From contig OY759717.1 of assembly GCA_963662525.1 (NCBI GenBank), positions 915,436 through 979,435 of the forward strand: a DNA stretch of 64,000 bases, given 5' to 3'. Position numbers and translations under genes: made by a program. Shown in pieces: positions 7,993 to 17,415 of the stretch. Under the pieces are notes generated by a model, which saw nothing but the letters and a program-made list of their open reading frames with translations, had not been told where the DNA came from and made no database searches. The first letter of the stretch is position 1. Each line of letters begins with the position of its first letter. Source of the DNA: Bacteroidales bacterium (lineage in GTDB: Bacteria; Bacteroidota; Bacteroidia; Bacteroidales; FEN-979).

Positions 7993-9687
7993 CTATTTAA
8001 TAATCCTGCCCTTTAATTCTTTCAAAATGGCTTTCGCCTTTTCATCATTGGGGTCGATGGCTATTACTTTCTGACAGAAATCCATGGATAACATTCCGTC
8101 TTTCTGATCTTTCGACTGATAATACTGAAGCAAATAATAAAATGCCAGGTAAGAATAAGCTTCTTTCAGTTCCTTGGCATATTTGGTAGAATCGGAATGC
8201 GCTTTTTCAATAATAGTCTCAAATACAGGTTTAGCCAAACCAAGCTTGCTATCTGAATCAATATTCACCAGGGACCAGGCTCGCCATAGGTACCCCTGAA
8301 TATAATCCGGTTGAAGCCCATTGAAATAAGCCAGGACAGAATCCGCTTTCCGGTAGTCATGCATGTTATAATAAAGCTTCCCCAGCGCATAATAATCAAA
8401 TGGCTCTGCCTTACTTCCATTTATTTTCGTCAAAAAAACTTTTTCAGCCTTCTCATATTTCTTTGAACGCGTGTATGAAAAGGCAACTTCAGATAAGACC
8501 GCAAATTGTGCAGTATCCATGGAATAAGCTGTCATTAACTGCTCAGCAGCCAGGGAATCCAGGTTGTTTTTAGATAAACTTCTTCCGAAATATAAATGAT
8601 CGGCAGTTCTCACGGAAGCGGAATCAGCCTTTGCCATGAATTTCCTGATCGACTCCAGTGCCGGTCCATATTGGGCTGTTTCATAGTAAGCATAAGCCAG
8701 CGCACGGTTGTAATCATTATTGATGGAATCCACTTTTCTAATGGAATTTAACTGGGCAATCGCTTCCTTATAATCCTGAAGTTCCATGAGTGTATTGATA
8801 TACTGTATCCTGGCAGATACATTCCCTTTGGAAAGAGTCAGAAATTTCTGGAAATTCCTTTTCGCTTCCTCATTCCTGTTCAGTTTTGCCAGAAGAAATC
8901 CCATTTCTCTATAGGCAGGTGCGTAATTGGAATCAATCTGCGTGGCTTCCTTAAAATAACCCAGGGCATTATCGTATAACCTGGCCCTTATCCAAACATG
9001 ACCGATCCTGAGTTTAGCAAGGGAGGATGCAGGATTCATGGACTGGGCTATTTTGTAATTTTCGATGGCCATGGACCCTTCATTGACCATGTAAAAATAA
9101 GCATCCCCCCGGGTCAGGTAGAGATTGAAATTCCTGTTATCCAGAATCTCAGCTTTCCGGAGTAAATCAAATACCATGGCAGTATCCTTTTTCCCAAGGA
9201 TTTTCACATAGGAATCTGCCACTTTGATATAAACCACCGCCTGTTCAGCTTTGGTGATTTTAGATGTCTTATTGGTCTTTGAAGGAAGCATGGAAAAGGC
9301 TCTCCGGAAAGATGCCTGGGCCATTTCATCGTGTTGCCTTACCAAACTGATCTTACCCAGTCCTATGTAGTTTAAAGGATTAAGAGAATCCTTGACAATA
9401 CCTGCTTTAAAAACCTGTTCAGCAGAATCGACCAGTGATTTGAATGAAGAATTCTGAGGATCGGAATAATATTTTTGAAGGTAATTATCGCCGTAATAAA
9501 AGTACGTTGTACCATCCGTGGGGTCTTTTTCAATAAGGGAGCGGAAGAGAGCCCCTGCGTCATTGAATTGTTCACTTCTTGTCAGGCTAATGGCTGTCTG
9601 AATGTCCTGGGCATTCATCTTTTCCCGAAAAACCAGGAATAGGGGTAATACAAGTAAAACAATTTTCAGCAAATTTCTAGTTTTCAT
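7993..9687 (-). CDS. Secreted TPR-repeat protein
   Basis: Signal peptide MKTRNLLKIVLLVLPLFLVF followed by many TPR-like A/Y/L repeats. The track start 9693 is a TTG, so the ATG at 9687 is preferred. Confidence 0.75.
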   Translation of the reverse strand: MKTRNLLKIVLLVLPLFLVFREKMNAQDIQTAISLTRSEQFNDAGALFRSLIEKDPTDGTTYFYYGDNYLQKYYSDPQNSSFKSLVDSAEQVFKAGIVKDSLNPLNYIGLGKISLVRQHDEMAQASFRRAFSMLPSKTNKTSKITKAEQAVVYIKVADSYVKILGKKDTAMVFDLLRKAEILDNRNFNLYLTRGDAYFYMVNEGSMAIENYKIAQSMNPASSLAKLRIGHVWIRARLYDNALGYFKEATQIDSNYAPAYREMGFLLAKLNRNEEAKRNFQKFLTLSKGNVSARIQYINTLMELQDYKEAIAQLNSIRKVDSINNDYNRALAYAYYETAQYGPALESIRKFMAKADSASVRTADHLYFGRSLSKNNLDSLAAEQLMTAYSMDTAQFAVLSEVAFSYTRSKKYEKAEKVFLTKINGSKAEPFDYYALGKLYYNMHDYRKADSVLAYFNGLQPDYIQGYLWRAWSLVNIDSDSKLGLAKPVFETIIEKAHSDSTKYAKELKEAYSYLAFYYLLQYYQSKDQKDGMLSMDFCQKVIAIDPNDEKAKAILKELKGRIIK

Positions 9688-9698
9688 AAGCAATGGTT

Positions 9699-10211
9699 TT
9701 AAATGCGAAATTTTCGCATATCATCTTTCATTCGCTCCAAATCATTAATCCAGTCCTCAATATCCTGTTCATGTTCTGTTTCTTCATTCAGGATTGTAAC
9801 AGCCATTTGATGTGTAGTATGGTCTTTCCCGTTGGTAAAGTCGGCAATTTCTTTATACCGCTGGATGGCACAGCGCTCTCCCCTCAGGTTCTGGTTCAGA
9901 ATCACTTCTACATAAGGATCATGTGGAGCTTCATATTCACAACGGGCAAATTTTGGCCAGTCGGAAGGGTTCAGCAAAGGAGTACCTCCCAATTGAATGA
10001 TTCGTGTAACAACCAACACTGCATGTCCCAGTTCCTGGTTCGCGTGAATCAGTAATTCGGGCTCTATCTCAGAACGCATGGGGCCTTCCATCAAACGGGC
10101 ACCAATCCAGTACTGATAATATGCCAGCCACTCTTCAGCCAGTGCTTCATTAAGCATGCGAAGCAATTCCTCTTTATCGAGGTTCAGAATTTCAATGCCA
10201 TGTTTTCCCAT
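9699..10211 (-). CDS. Ferritin-like / Dps-like di-iron protein
   Basis: Four-helix ferritin-like motifs (EEWLAYYQYW, ANQELGHA, EETEHEQD). A minus-strand -7 box lies at about 10230 (caaagata on the + strand). Confidence 0.65.
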   Translation of the reverse strand: MGKHGIEILNLDKEELLRMLNEALAEEWLAYYQYWIGARLMEGPMRSEIEPELLIHANQELGHAVLVVTRIIQLGGTPLLNPSDWPKFARCEYEAPHDPYVEVILNQNLRGERCAIQRYKEIADFTNGKDHTTHQMAVTILNEETEHEQDIEDWINDLERMKDDMRKFRI

Positions 10212-10254
10212 GTCTGTTTTATTTAAGTAAAATCAAAGATACAATATTTCCGGT

Positions 10255-11073
10255 TTAATGAATCTGTCCGGAAGAAATCGAAAAAACTCCGGCCCCATTC
10301 TTCCGGGCAAGCTGCATTGCTTCCTGGTTTTGCATTATCGCCCCGCCCCAATGATTAAAATTAAAGATTTCAGGGGTATCAAACCAGTTCTCAATATTCA
10401 TGCGTAGATCGAATGACAGTGTTTCCCCCTTATAGATAGTAAAAGCTGAGGAAGGGAGGCTCACCGCAAAATAGTTCTGAACAAAAGCATAAATTGAATC
10501 AACATCATATGTTGTTCCGTGATATAATTGTCCGATCCCCAGATGAAAATTAAACAACTGGATAATCCCTGAGGTATCTTTCCATTTCCCATTAATCATC
10601 AAATAATGATAGCCTCCACCTAAAACCTCCGGCCAGAACATATTCACTTCAGGCGGATTGACAAACATGAACGACTTATTCTTTTCCTTTGATATCCCAA
10701 ATATAAAATTGATGGAATCATAATCTCCGGCAGGAATCGGATCAAAAATTTGAATGGTTTTTGATGTTGGTATATTTTCATCAATATAAAAAATATCCTT
10801 CCAGTCCTCTATCCGGGTATAAGTACCATCTGATTTATAAAAGGTGATGTCGGAAATGAAGTACATCAGGTCTGTGATCAGGTAGGGATTTCCTGCAGCG
10901 TTGGTATATATCAGCTCATTTTCACTTAACGGTAATCCGTTAACCAAATGATGAAAATTAAAAACAACCTTACCGGAAGGTGCCTCAGGAATGGGGTCAC
11001 TGCTTTTTTTACAGGAAGTAAAAAAAACTCCTGAAATAAAAAGAACACCTGTTATTAAATGAATGTAACCCAC
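10255..11073 (-). CDS. Lipoprotein, MbnP-like (putative periplasmic copper-binding) family
   Basis: Lipobox FFTSC. The pattern VVFNFHHLVNGLPL...YTNAAGNPYLITDLMYFISDI...GGGYHYLMINGKW fits my recollection of MbnP-family proteins. It lies directly downstream of a copper-type TonB receptor. Confidence 0.45.
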   Translation of the reverse strand: MGYIHLITGVLFISGVFFTSCKKSSDPIPEAPSGKVVFNFHHLVNGLPLSENELIYTNAAGNPYLITDLMYFISDITFYKSDGTYTRIEDWKDIFYIDENIPTSKTIQIFDPIPAGDYDSINFIFGISKEKNKSFMFVNPPEVNMFWPEVLGGGYHYLMINGKWKDTSGIIQLFNFHLGIGQLYHGTTYDVDSIYAFVQNYFAVSLPSSAFTIYKGETLSFDLRMNIENWFDTPEIFNFNHWGGAIMQNQEAMQLARKNGAGVFSISSGQIH

Positions 11074-11142
11074 AAACTCCTATTTAAAACGACTACAAAG
11101 ATCGTAAAGATTTAAACGGTTTAAATAAGAAAATACGATAGA

Positions 11143-13320
11143 TTAAAATTTCAGATTGACCGAAAAATAGAAGACCCTACCTGGTTCATACAGCCGATCA
11201 GTGCTCCCAACAATTCTCCGGTTCAGATGCTCATAATAGGGTGTATCCATAATATTTTCAACACCAGCAATAAAAGAAGCATATTTGCAGGGAGAATAGC
11301 TGAGGGAAGCAGCCCCGGTAATAAATCCCGGTGTTTTTTGTTCCCCATAGGATTCAGATACCCGGTTCTGTTCACTGACCATCCTGAGGGAAATCCTCGG
11401 AACCAGCTTGCTTTTAAAAAATTTATAAGAGAACTGAATAGTCCCCTCCAGTGGTGGAATTTCCGGCAATGGATCATTCTTAACCGTTTCCTGTCCGGTA
11501 ACCTGACCTCCGCTGACAATATATTTAATGGCCGTAGGTTGAGTCCCGTAGGTTGCAGCCACACTGGCCAGCACACCCCATTTTTTTGATATTGGCGACT
11601 GATAAGCCATTTCAAATCCGGTTAGATATACCAGGTCGACATTGGAAAATTGCTTCACCCCCGGTGAACCCTGGGTAGAGGGTTTGATTACTGAGGGTGG
11701 GATCACTTTCCCGATAATATAATCGGTGACCAGGGAGAAAAACCCTCCTGCTGAAATACTGCCGGCCTCTTTAAATACCAGGGCAAAAGATAGATCTGCC
11801 TGGTGATTTTTTTCAGGCTTTAACTGTGGATTGCCCAAATAGTCATAAGCATCGTACTGAACCGGCATTAGTTTAATGTACCTTTCAAGTACTGACGGGC
11901 TCCGGGTTCCCCTTCCGATTGAAGCATTGAGGTAAAGCCAGGATGTTATTTGCTTTTTTATTCCCAAACCAAAACTCACATTAAAAAATGCCGAGTTCAG
12001 CTCATCAAAATAATGAATATCATCTTTAACCAGGCGGAAAGTATCCCCTGAAGTTGCAGCATTATAATCAAACCTGAGCGAAGCCGTGAAATCAAAACTG
12101 GTAAAAGGAATCTGACATTCGGCAAATCCACCGATATTATTAATGACCGCGTTTCGCCAGACGTTTGCATGTTTGACAGAGATAAAGGTATCACCATCCA
12201 TCACCATTTTCATGCTCATTTGCTTATCCCCGTCCTTGAAAACATGCTCAAAATCCAGGCCCGGGTTTATTTTAATCTTTCCGGTTTGCAAATTACCAGT
12301 GAGCTTTCCTCCTGCATTCCATGCATCAACCGTGGTAACCGCTTGCATCGTTCTACTTGCCGGTCTGTTCAGATTATCCATCACATGATGTACCGGTGAA
12401 ATATATGCCTGAAGTTGCAGGGTTTGCCAGATTTTACCTAAGTTTTCAGCCTTGTAGTTGAATGAAGCAACCTGGGTCCTATCCAATCGTTCATCCATGG
12501 GTAGTGCAGGAAAAAGAACATTCTTCCCCTCATCATAGGCATAAGACAGGATTAGCTGATGATTCTGTTTGAAAACAAAGCCTATGCCTGCATTGAAATA
12601 AAGCTTCTGAAAAGAAGTATTATACAACTCATGATTCCCGGCCGTATAACTGCCATATCCTTTATACCCTCCGCTTGCATTGAAAAATACCCTGGAATTT
12701 CCGCCCCATAGGCTGATATGCTCTCTTTGACCGTTCCAGTTGGTTTCGAAACCATACAGCAATTCACCATGAAGCTCTGGTTTTGTATAGGGATGGGGCA
12801 ATACTGTTTTCAGATTGATCATGGCGCCCAATACCGGTCCGTATTTCAGCACATAAGGGCCCTTGATGATCTCTATTTCCCTGATATTTTCAGGCTCCAC
12901 ATGCGAAGCAACCGGATCCATGCGGTTTGGACAGCCACCTTCTATCTTCACTCCATCGTTCAGCAGTACCGTCACCTGGTTGTATTTGAATCCCCTGATT
13001 ACCGGGTCAATGGCTATTCCACCCTTACGAATCCCGGAAACATTGGGTTCCATGCGCAGAAAATCACCGATATCACGAATAGACTCATATTCTATCCGAT
13101 CTAATCGGATAACTTCTCCCGGAAAATATTTTGTTTTTTGTCCCATTATCTCAACTTCTCCAAGCTGAAGCGTGTCGCTGCTGATTTGCGACATTACCGG
13201 GTTTGACGGAAAAAAGAGACAGAAAAAAAACAGTAAAAAGACAATGAAAAAATAATTCCGGGACCGATCAATGGTGATGATCTTCACATCCCTTGTGTTC
13301 AGCGCAGGTTTGTCCACCAT
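11143..13320 (-). CDS. TonB-dependent receptor, OprC/NosA-like copper type
   Basis: Plug domain and barrel ending in ...VNLKF. Carries GGCPNRMDP (C130-x3-M134) and HHVM (H312-x-M314), the CxxxM plus HxM pair described for OprC, with similar spacing. Confidence 0.75.
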   Translation of the reverse strand: MVDKPALNTRDVKIITIDRSRNYFFIVFLLFFFCLFFPSNPVMSQISSDTLQLGEVEIMGQKTKYFPGEVIRLDRIEYESIRDIGDFLRMEPNVSGIRKGGIAIDPVIRGFKYNQVTVLLNDGVKIEGGCPNRMDPVASHVEPENIREIEIIKGPYVLKYGPVLGAMINLKTVLPHPYTKPELHGELLYGFETNWNGQREHISLWGGNSRVFFNASGGYKGYGSYTAGNHELYNTSFQKLYFNAGIGFVFKQNHQLILSYAYDEGKNVLFPALPMDERLDRTQVASFNYKAENLGKIWQTLQLQAYISPVHHVMDNLNRPASRTMQAVTTVDAWNAGGKLTGNLQTGKIKINPGLDFEHVFKDGDKQMSMKMVMDGDTFISVKHANVWRNAVINNIGGFAECQIPFTSFDFTASLRFDYNAATSGDTFRLVKDDIHYFDELNSAFFNVSFGLGIKKQITSWLYLNASIGRGTRSPSVLERYIKLMPVQYDAYDYLGNPQLKPEKNHQADLSFALVFKEAGSISAGGFFSLVTDYIIGKVIPPSVIKPSTQGSPGVKQFSNVDLVYLTGFEMAYQSPISKKWGVLASVAATYGTQPTAIKYIVSGGQVTGQETVKNDPLPEIPPLEGTIQFSYKFFKSKLVPRISLRMVSEQNRVSESYGEQKTPGFITGAASLSYSPCKYASFIAGVENIMDTPYYEHLNRRIVGSTDRLYEPGRVFYFSVNLKF

Positions 13321-13633
13321 CAGATATGTCTCCCTTGATAAAGTTAATAACTACTTCCTCAGCCGGGCCTGAACAGCCTCTTATAACAGTAATCCCCCTG
13401 GAAGCAAGGTGGCTGATCGCCCCTGCACCAATATTCCCGGCAAGCATAACCGTCACTTCTTCTTTAGCCAACTGGTCGGCAATACCGGATTTACATCCAC
13501 ATCCTTCTTCTGCCTGTATCAGCCCACGCTTTACGATTTCTTTGTCCTGGGAGATGGTAAATATAGCATAACTTTCTGAGTGTCCAAAATGCTCATTGAT
13601 GAAACCATGATGGAACGGAACTGCAATTTTCAT
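13268..13633 (-). CDS. NifB/NifX/NafY-domain (FeMo-cofactor-binding fold) protein with His-rich tail
   Basis: MKIAVPFHHGFINEHFGHSESYAIFTIS..., GAGAISHL, and C-terminus ...HKGCEDHHH. It overlaps the receptor start by 53 nt. Confidence 0.7.
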   Translation of the reverse strand: MKIAVPFHHGFINEHFGHSESYAIFTISQDKEIVKRGLIQAEEGCGCKSGIADQLAKEEVTVMLAGNIGAGAISHLASRGITVIRGCSGPAEEVVINFIKGDISDGGQTCAEHKGCEDHHH

Positions 13634-13634
13634 A

Positions 13635-13961
13635 TTAAGTATTTTTATTGGTCAATAATAGAATAATATCTTTTACCTGAATCTGCTTCTCAGGGTGAAT
13701 AATCATCTGGATATGTTTTTCATTCAAAGATTTTTGAACATGGGTACCAAAATCGCCTGCAATCACTCTGCCAACATTCTTTTCCCAAAGCTTTTCGACA
13801 ATGATGCAACCCGGACATCCCTTCATGCCTTTCCCTGGATTTTCTATAATTTCGGTTGTTTCTTCTACATCATTATAGATAAAAAAATGCGAACATTTGC
13901 CGAAATGTTGATCTATGATAGCATCCTCATAAGCACTTTGAGAAGAAATTGCAGTTTTCAT
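13635..13961 (-). CDS. NifB/NifX/NafY-domain protein
   Basis: IIDQHFGKCSHFFIYN... and ...VIAGDFGTHVQ are typical of the small NifX-like family. Confidence 0.65.
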   Translation of the reverse strand: MKTAISSQSAYEDAIIDQHFGKCSHFFIYNDVEETTEIIENPGKGMKGCPGCIIVEKLWEKNVGRVIAGDFGTHVQKSLNEKHIQMIIHPEKQIQVKDIILLLTNKNT

Positions 13962-13966
13962 AATCC

Positions 13967-14383
13967 TTAAATATTATCATTAATCATTTCAATATCGACA
14001 GCATTACATAGCGGACATTCATTTACTGAAGGTTCATTCTCGGTTTTATTAAAAAAAACACCACATGTCCGGCAATGAAACCAATCATGATCAAACCAGG
14101 CATGACCCTTTTCCACCTCAATTGTTCTGGCTTCAGCCAAAGCCTGTGCAATTTTCCTCCTGGCACTTTCATATAATCGGGTAAAAGTTGGCCTTGAAAT
14201 ATTCATCGTCTGAGCAGCCTGTGATTGAGTCATCAACTCGTAATCACATAACTTGATGGAGGTATATTCTTCAAACAACAGTATTACCGACTCATTCTTT
14301 CCGGCATAATATCCGTAAGGCCTGAATCCCTTAAACTTCGGAGGATCAAAAACCGTACGGATATTTCTTGGGCGAGGCGACAT
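13967..14383 (-). CDS. DUF134 (UPF0251) HTH protein with C-terminal zinc ribbon
   Basis: MSPRPRNIRTVFDPPKFKGFRPYG, sigma-region-4-like HTH (TQSQAAQTMNISRPTFTRLYESARRKIA) and CRTCG...CPLCN. Confidence 0.75.
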   Translation of the reverse strand: MSPRPRNIRTVFDPPKFKGFRPYGYYAGKNESVILLFEEYTSIKLCDYELMTQSQAAQTMNISRPTFTRLYESARRKIAQALAEARTIEVEKGHAWFDHDWFHCRTCGVFFNKTENEPSVNECPLCNAVDIEMINDNI

Positions 14384-14419
14384 AGGATTGGTTCATACTT
14401 GCAAAAGTATAAAATTTAA

Positions 14420-14460
14420 ATGAACAAATGTTCATTATGAACAAATGTTCATTATCTTTG
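14420..14460. promoter_or_regulatory. Tandem operators ATGAACAAATGTTCATT x2 plus -7 box, in the divergent DUF134 / nifX-like intergenic region
   Basis: TGAAC-AAAT-GTTCA occurs at 14421-14434 and at 14438-14451 as an exact 17-nt direct repeat. TATCTTTG (TAnnTTTG) lies at 14453-14460. A minus-strand box (CAAAAGTA) lies at 14402-14409. Confidence 0.75.
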
Positions 14461-14489
14461 CATAATAATATTTTTCAAATTCATAAAAA

Positions 14490-14810
14490 ATGAAGATTGC
14501 AATTGCTTCTGCAGGAAATACTCTTGATTCAAAGGTTGATCAACGTTTCAGTCGCTGTTCATATTTCGCCATTTTTGACCTGGTGACCGATTCTGTTGAA
14601 TTTATTGAAAATCCGAATAAAGAAGCCCTGAACGGAGCTGGACCTGCTACGGTTCAACTTGTCGCTTCCAAAGGGATTCAGAAAATCATCTCTGGCGAAT
14701 TTGGCGTAAAAATCAAACCTATACTTGATAATCTTAAAATACAAATGATTGTCAATCAGGAATCTGAAAAAAGTATTCAACAAATAATTGAATTATTAAA
14801 AAAATCATAA
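14490..14810 (+). CDS. NifB/NifX/NafY-domain protein
   Basis: MKIAIASAGNTLDSKVDQRFSRCSYFAIFD... and ...IISGEFGVK. Confidence 0.7.
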   Translation: MKIAIASAGNTLDSKVDQRFSRCSYFAIFDLVTDSVEFIENPNKEALNGAGPATVQLVASKGIQKIISGEFGVKIKPILDNLKIQMIVNQESEKSIQQIIELLKKS

Positions 14811-14811
14811 T

Positions 14812-14991
14812 ATGCCACATCTGAATGGTACTGGCCCCGAAGGACAAGGTTCCGGAACAGGCCGTGGATTAGGAAAGTGCAAAAAAGCACCGGAAAAGGA
14901 AGCCTTACAAAAATTAGGGAAAGGCATAGGCAAACGTCGCAATGCAGGAGGAGGTAAAGGCAAAGGGAAACGTTTAAAAAGCGGACAATAA
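14812..14991 (+). CDS. DUF5320-like small Gly/Lys-rich protein (59 aa, below the ORF-track cutoff)
   Basis: Hand translation gives MPHLNGTGPEGQGSGTGRGLGKCKKAPEKEALQKLGKGIGKRRNAGGGKGKGKRLKSGQ. The MP..GTGP.G.G..TGRG.G.C start is typical of DUF5320. Confidence 0.55.
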   Translation: MPHLNGTGPEGQGSGTGRGLGKCKKAPEKEALQKLGKGIGKRRNAGGGKGKGKRLKSGQ

Positions 14992-15016
14992 GTATTTATT
15001 CAACAATCAAATTATT

Positions 15017-15265
15017 ATGCCAGGATTAAATCAAACAGGCCAGATGGGACAAGGTCCGATGACAGGTTTCAGAATGGGTCGCTGCTCAAAATTTGTAGCA
15101 AATTTCAAAAATGAAACCACTGATTCCATCGAAAGACCAGTTAAAAACCAGACAGAAAATTTTCCCGATAACGGTTTTTCATCCGGAGAAGGAAGAGAAT
15201 TTGGCCGGGGTTTTGGAAGAGGTCATGGAATGGGGCGGCAAAATCGGTTCAGGGATGGGTCTTAA
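15017..15265 (+). CDS. DUF5320-like small protein
   Basis: MPGLNQTGQMGQGPMTGFRMGRC... with a GRGFGRGHGMGR tail. Confidence 0.6.
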   Translation: MPGLNQTGQMGQGPMTGFRMGRCSKFVANFKNETTDSIERPVKNQTENFPDNGFSSGEGREFGRGFGRGHGMGRQNRFRDGS

Positions 15266-15329
15266 TTTACACATCGAGACTGAAGTGTCTCCCTTATTTT
15301 AAATTCTACACTTTTAATATATAATAACG

Positions 15330-15698
15330 ATGATAAAACGTATTGCTATCCCTATGGAAAATGGGGTTTTATGTGCTCATTTTGGCCATTGCCAAACTTT
15401 TGCCATTGTCAATGTTGAAAACGACATCATTACAGATATCAAAGAAGTTGAACCTCCTGAGCATGTTCCGGGATTATATCCACGCTGGATTGCTCAATTT
15501 GGCGTTACGGATGTTATTGCCGGAGGGATGGGACAACAGGCAATCATGTTATTCAACCAACAAAATATCAATGTTTTTGTAGGAGCACCGGTAAAAAAAG
15601 CGGAAGAACTGGTTAGCGATTTCACTGCCAATAAATTGGATCTGAACGCCAATTATTGCAATCATGACCATTCCGGGCATACCCATCACGGGCATTAA
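15330..15698 (+). CDS. NifB/NifX/NafY-domain protein with His-rich tail
   Basis: RIAIPMENGVLCAHFGHCQTFAIVNVEN, VIAGGMGQQA, and C-terminus NHDHSGHTHHGH. Confidence 0.7.
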   Translation: MIKRIAIPMENGVLCAHFGHCQTFAIVNVENDIITDIKEVEPPEHVPGLYPRWIAQFGVTDVIAGGMGQQAIMLFNQQNINVFVGAPVKKAEELVSDFTANKLDLNANYCNHDHSGHTHHGH

Positions 15699-15704
15699 TC
15701 TTTT

Positions 15705-16580
15705 ATGAAAATTGCCATTGCCAGTGGTAAAGGGGGAACCGGAAAAACCCTTATTTCTACCAATATTTTTTATTCCCTGCTGCTGAATCATTACAGGCCT
15801 TTGCTGGTTGATTGTGATGCTGAAGCACCCAATGCCATAGCTTTCTTTGAAACGATCCTGGAAAAAACGATAGAAATAACCCAACAGGTCCCGGTGATCG
15901 ATACCACAATTTGTACGTTTTGTGGAAAATGTCATGAATACTGTAACTACAACGCTATATTTTTTCTTCCCTACATGAAGATCATTCAGGTCGCTGAAGA
16001 ACTTTGTCATGGATGCGGTGCCTGCAGTGTTGCCTGTGGTTACGGAGCCATTACTGAAAAACCCGTTTCACTTGGTCAAGTTTCATTATATACGCTGAAT
16101 GGCATTCCATCCCTGGTCGAAGCAAGAATGAATATTGGAGGCATGACTCCGGTCCCGCTGATTAAAGGAGCATTAAAACAAATCCATTCTGATACGGAAA
16201 TTACCATTCTTGATTCCCCGCCAGGAACTTCCTGTCCGTTCATCACCACTGTCTCGGCGGCTGATTATGTCATCCTGGTCACTGAACCAACCCCATTCGG
16301 GCTGAGTGATTTAAAACAAAGTGTTGATACGCTGAAACAACTTGACAAGCCCTGCGGAGTCATTATTAACCGTGCTGGTTTGGGAAATAAATCCGTTCAT
16401 CAGTACCTGGAACAGGAAAATATCCCGCTTTTACTCGAAATCCCATTTGATAAAAGAATTGCCGAAACATACGCCAGGGGACAGTTGGTGATTGAAACCC
16501 AACCCTTGCTCGGTGAACAGTTATATATGACAGTCAAAACAATCATGGAACAACATGGAAATAGCAGTCATCAGCGGTAA
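15705..16580 (+). CDS. MinD/ParA-type P-loop ATPase with inserted 4Fe-4S ferredoxin domain
   Basis: KIAIASGKGGTGKT deviant Walker A, with CTFCGKCHEYC and CHGCGACSVAC inserts. Confidence 0.75.
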   Translation: MKIAIASGKGGTGKTLISTNIFYSLLLNHYRPLLVDCDAEAPNAIAFFETILEKTIEITQQVPVIDTTICTFCGKCHEYCNYNAIFFLPYMKIIQVAEELCHGCGACSVACGYGAITEKPVSLGQVSLYTLNGIPSLVEARMNIGGMTPVPLIKGALKQIHSDTEITILDSPPGTSCPFITTVSAADYVILVTEPTPFGLSDLKQSVDTLKQLDKPCGVIINRAGLGNKSVHQYLEQENIPLLLEIPFDKRIAETYARGQLVIETQPLLGEQLYMTVKTIMEQHGNSSHQR

Positions 16581-17415
16581 AGGAGGCACCGGAAAATCAA
16601 GTATCAGCGCAGCATTGGCAACTTTAAGTGAATGCGTGATGATTGCAGATTGTGATGTGGATGCGGCCAATCTTTACCTGCTGTTTAACCCGACCCATGA
16701 AGAAGAAATAGTTTATATCGGGGGACACAAAGCAAAACTTGATGGCACGAAATGCAACAATTGCGGAATTTGTCTTGAATATTGTCGTTTTGATGCTATT
16801 TCCCGGATCCAGGAAAGAATTACTATTTCGCCGACTGCCTGCGATGGTTGTTTTCTTTGCTCCCGTATTTGTCCGCAAAATGCCATAAACATGATACAGA
16901 ATGATCAAAGCCGTTTATATTCCGGTTCCTTCCGAAATGGAAAAATGGTTTATGGTCGTCTTGCTCCTGGTGAAGAAAATTCCGGGAAACTGGTAAATAT
17001 GGTCCGTGAAAAAGCGAAAAAGATAGCCAAAGAAAATCAGTTGAATACCATAATCCTTGATGGCCCCCCGGGCATCGGATGCCCGGTCATTTCAACCATT
17101 ACTGGCGTTGATCAGGTGATCATCGTGACGGAACCAACAATATCCGGGTTACACGACATGCAAAGAACCTATGCAGTCGTTCAGAAATTTAGCTTGAAAT
17201 CCCGGGTCATTATTAATAAATTCGATTTAAATCATGCGTTGAGCAATACCATCGATTTATGGTGTAAAGAACAGGAAATTCCTGTTATTGGATATCTGCC
17301 ATTTGATAAGCAAGTGGTAGAAGCCATGGTTCAAGGGATGACCATCATAGAATGGGCACCGGAACAGGAAATCAGTAAAATAATTAGACAAATCTGGAGT
17401 TACATACAAAACTAA
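16555..17415 (+). CDS. MinD/ParA-type P-loop ATPase with inserted 4Fe-4S ferredoxin domain (paralogue)
   Basis: EIAVISGKGGTGKSS, CNNCGICLEYC and CDGCFLCSRICP. It overlaps the upstream paralogue by 26 nt. Confidence 0.75.
   Translation: MEIAVISGKGGTGKSSISAALATLSECVMIADCDVDAANLYLLFNPTHEEEIVYIGGHKAKLDGTKCNNCGICLEYCRFDAISRIQERITISPTACDGCFLCSRICPQNAINMIQNDQSRLYSGSFRNGKMVYGRLAPGEENSGKLVNMVREKAKKIAKENQLNTIILDGPPGIGCPVISTITGVDQVIIVTEPTISGLHDMQRTYAVVQKFSLKSRVIINKFDLNHALSNTIDLWCKEQEIPVIGYLPFDKQVVEAMVQGMTIIEWAPEQEISKIIRQIWSYIQN

Noticed and set aside
15276-15291. Hairpin gagac-tgaagt-gtctc followed by a T-rich run after the second DUF5320 gene, considered as a terminator.
   Set aside because: The stem is only 5 bp, and the next gene of the same cluster starts 39 nt later. 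That is too weak to call.
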